Shown here: positions 62,584 through 64,000 of the stretch, piece after piece
How the letters are laid out: every line of letters begins with the position of its first letter
Numbering within the stretch: the stretch's first letter is position 1
Origin: Convolutriloba macropyga
Taxonomy: Eukaryota
Direction of reading: 5' to 3'
NCBI RefSeq assembly: GCF_964194025.1
Contig: NC_134475.1
Coordinates: forward strand, 13,330,001-13,394,000
Length of the DNA: 64,000 nucleotides
Notes under the pieces: model-generated
What the model saw: the letters and a program-made list of their open reading frames with translations, nothing else
The model's database searches: none
Told to the model about the DNA's origin: nothing
Translations under genes and position numbers: made by a program

Positions 62584-64000
62584 TGTGATACCCCAGATAT
62601 GGGTATCCAAACAGAAACCCAAAATTGGTGCCATTTCATCGCTCTACCTAATGTTGACTATACAAGTTTGATATTCAGATTTTATAAATTTCATATTTAT
62701 CGTTGAACCATATTTGGAAATTGTATACACGGATGTATTGTTAGCTATTTAATATTTACTTTCTCTGTTATGTACTGTAAAGTAACTAACGAAATAAATT
62801 TAGAAGACGAGAAAATGCAGTGAGAAACAGTCAGCTATAAAGTAATTAACAGCTCATAATATTCGTTGTTTTCACTAGACAAGACTGTAATAACAAGCTA
62901 AATCGTCGCTCACGCATCGAAGAGACCGCTCAGTAAAAGAATAATTCAATAGAATTAAAATTCAAAATACACTAAACGAGGAGTATATTACATGGTGACA
63001 GTCGCGGAGACGATTTTTAATTGAACTTCCGGATGACCAGCACTTATCATAACTTACTACAAAATTGTAATTTATCACCGGAAATACAGAAAGTTGAAAA
63101 CGGAGCACACACCTTTTCCAACTGGCATCTTAACGAAAGGAGAAACAGAAATTTACCTACCGAACTCCAACCTTCTTAACAGCTCCTCTTTCGAAATACT
63201 TGAAATTTACACTAATGCAGAAAAACAGTTGTTATTTGTACATGCGATCGATTTTCCTGGTTCAAACACCAAATTGATGATAATTAATTTGTGTCCAACG
63301 AAGGAGCAGTTTGAGAAAGCACTGGATCAAGCAGAAGACATGATGCTGGCCATTGAAGACAATCAGTTAGATAACAGAGAACAAAGGACAGTAAAACTAG
63401 TCAGTCAATGGTGCTTTAAATTTATATTGGTGCAATTTCTCATTAGAGTTCACTCATTCGCTCGACCCATTAGGTTAAAGTGTGATTACAACTAGGGCTA
63501 GACTAGAACTAAAAGGTAAACTAAATGGCAGCTCAAGCACAAATAACTGTGGACCCCTACAGCGGTGAAGAAACATAAAATTTTCGACAATTCGAGCAGC
63601 TCTTCAGAGGATTCGTCGCAGTTGCAGCAATACCCAATAACCAGAGAGCAAACTTTCTACAATTGCATCTCAGAGGGCCAGCCCTGCGGTTCTTTCAGAC
63701 CTTGCCACAAGCCACCCGTGATGATGTAGATCTCAGCTTCACAGCTCTGAGAAATCATTTCTGCAACGTGCAGCTGCAAGAAGTCCATGTACTAAATCTC
63801 GAAAAGCTGAGATTTGATCCGAAGACAGACACACCCGAAAACTTCTTGGTAACGATCCAGACCAAAGCAATCCGAGCATATCCAACGCCAGTACTTCCAG
63901 CTGTGGCCCCACTCAAACCAGGTGCAGCAGATCCAGCGGTAGAGCAAACACGATTTGATTCTGAAACAGCACAGAGAGCAGAGAGACTTCAGGCGTCAGA
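62584..64000 (+). mobile_element. Probable LTR retrotransposon 5' part: LTR 62584-62992, PBS-like TGGTGACAG at 62993
   Basis: TGTGATA...TATTACA imperfect inverted termini directly followed by TGG; composition shifts to A/C-rich; no recognisable gag/pol motif in view. Confidence 0.5.

Overview
AT-rich, repeat-dense animal (invertebrate-type) nuclear DNA with three N-gaps; the species cannot be determined from the sequence. Five protein-coding genes lie on the + strand: SMU1 (intronless CDS), an HP1/CBX chromo + chromo-shadow gene (3 exons, 15.4-kb first intron), deoxyhypusine synthase DHPS (6 exons, 379 aa by my splicing), XPC/Rad4 (intronless CDS) and OMA1 (5 exons seen, continuing past the window). 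Introns and spacers hold a decayed Ty1/copia element, a 5'-truncated LINE with a 13-bp TSD and the start of a probable LTR element. Main observation: at least five families of non-autonomous Helentron-like (HINE/DINE-type) elements. Each has its own subterminal inverted repeat and 3' hairpin. They insert preferentially into the T-tract just behind another family's 5' end and build nested stacks up to 5 layers deep that close in reverse order. Second observation: relaxed splice signals (one GA donor, one GC donor, GAG/AAG acceptors, and a CAG-TAG tandem acceptor whose proximal use creates a stop). All exon models and repeat boundaries were read by eye, without alignment tools.
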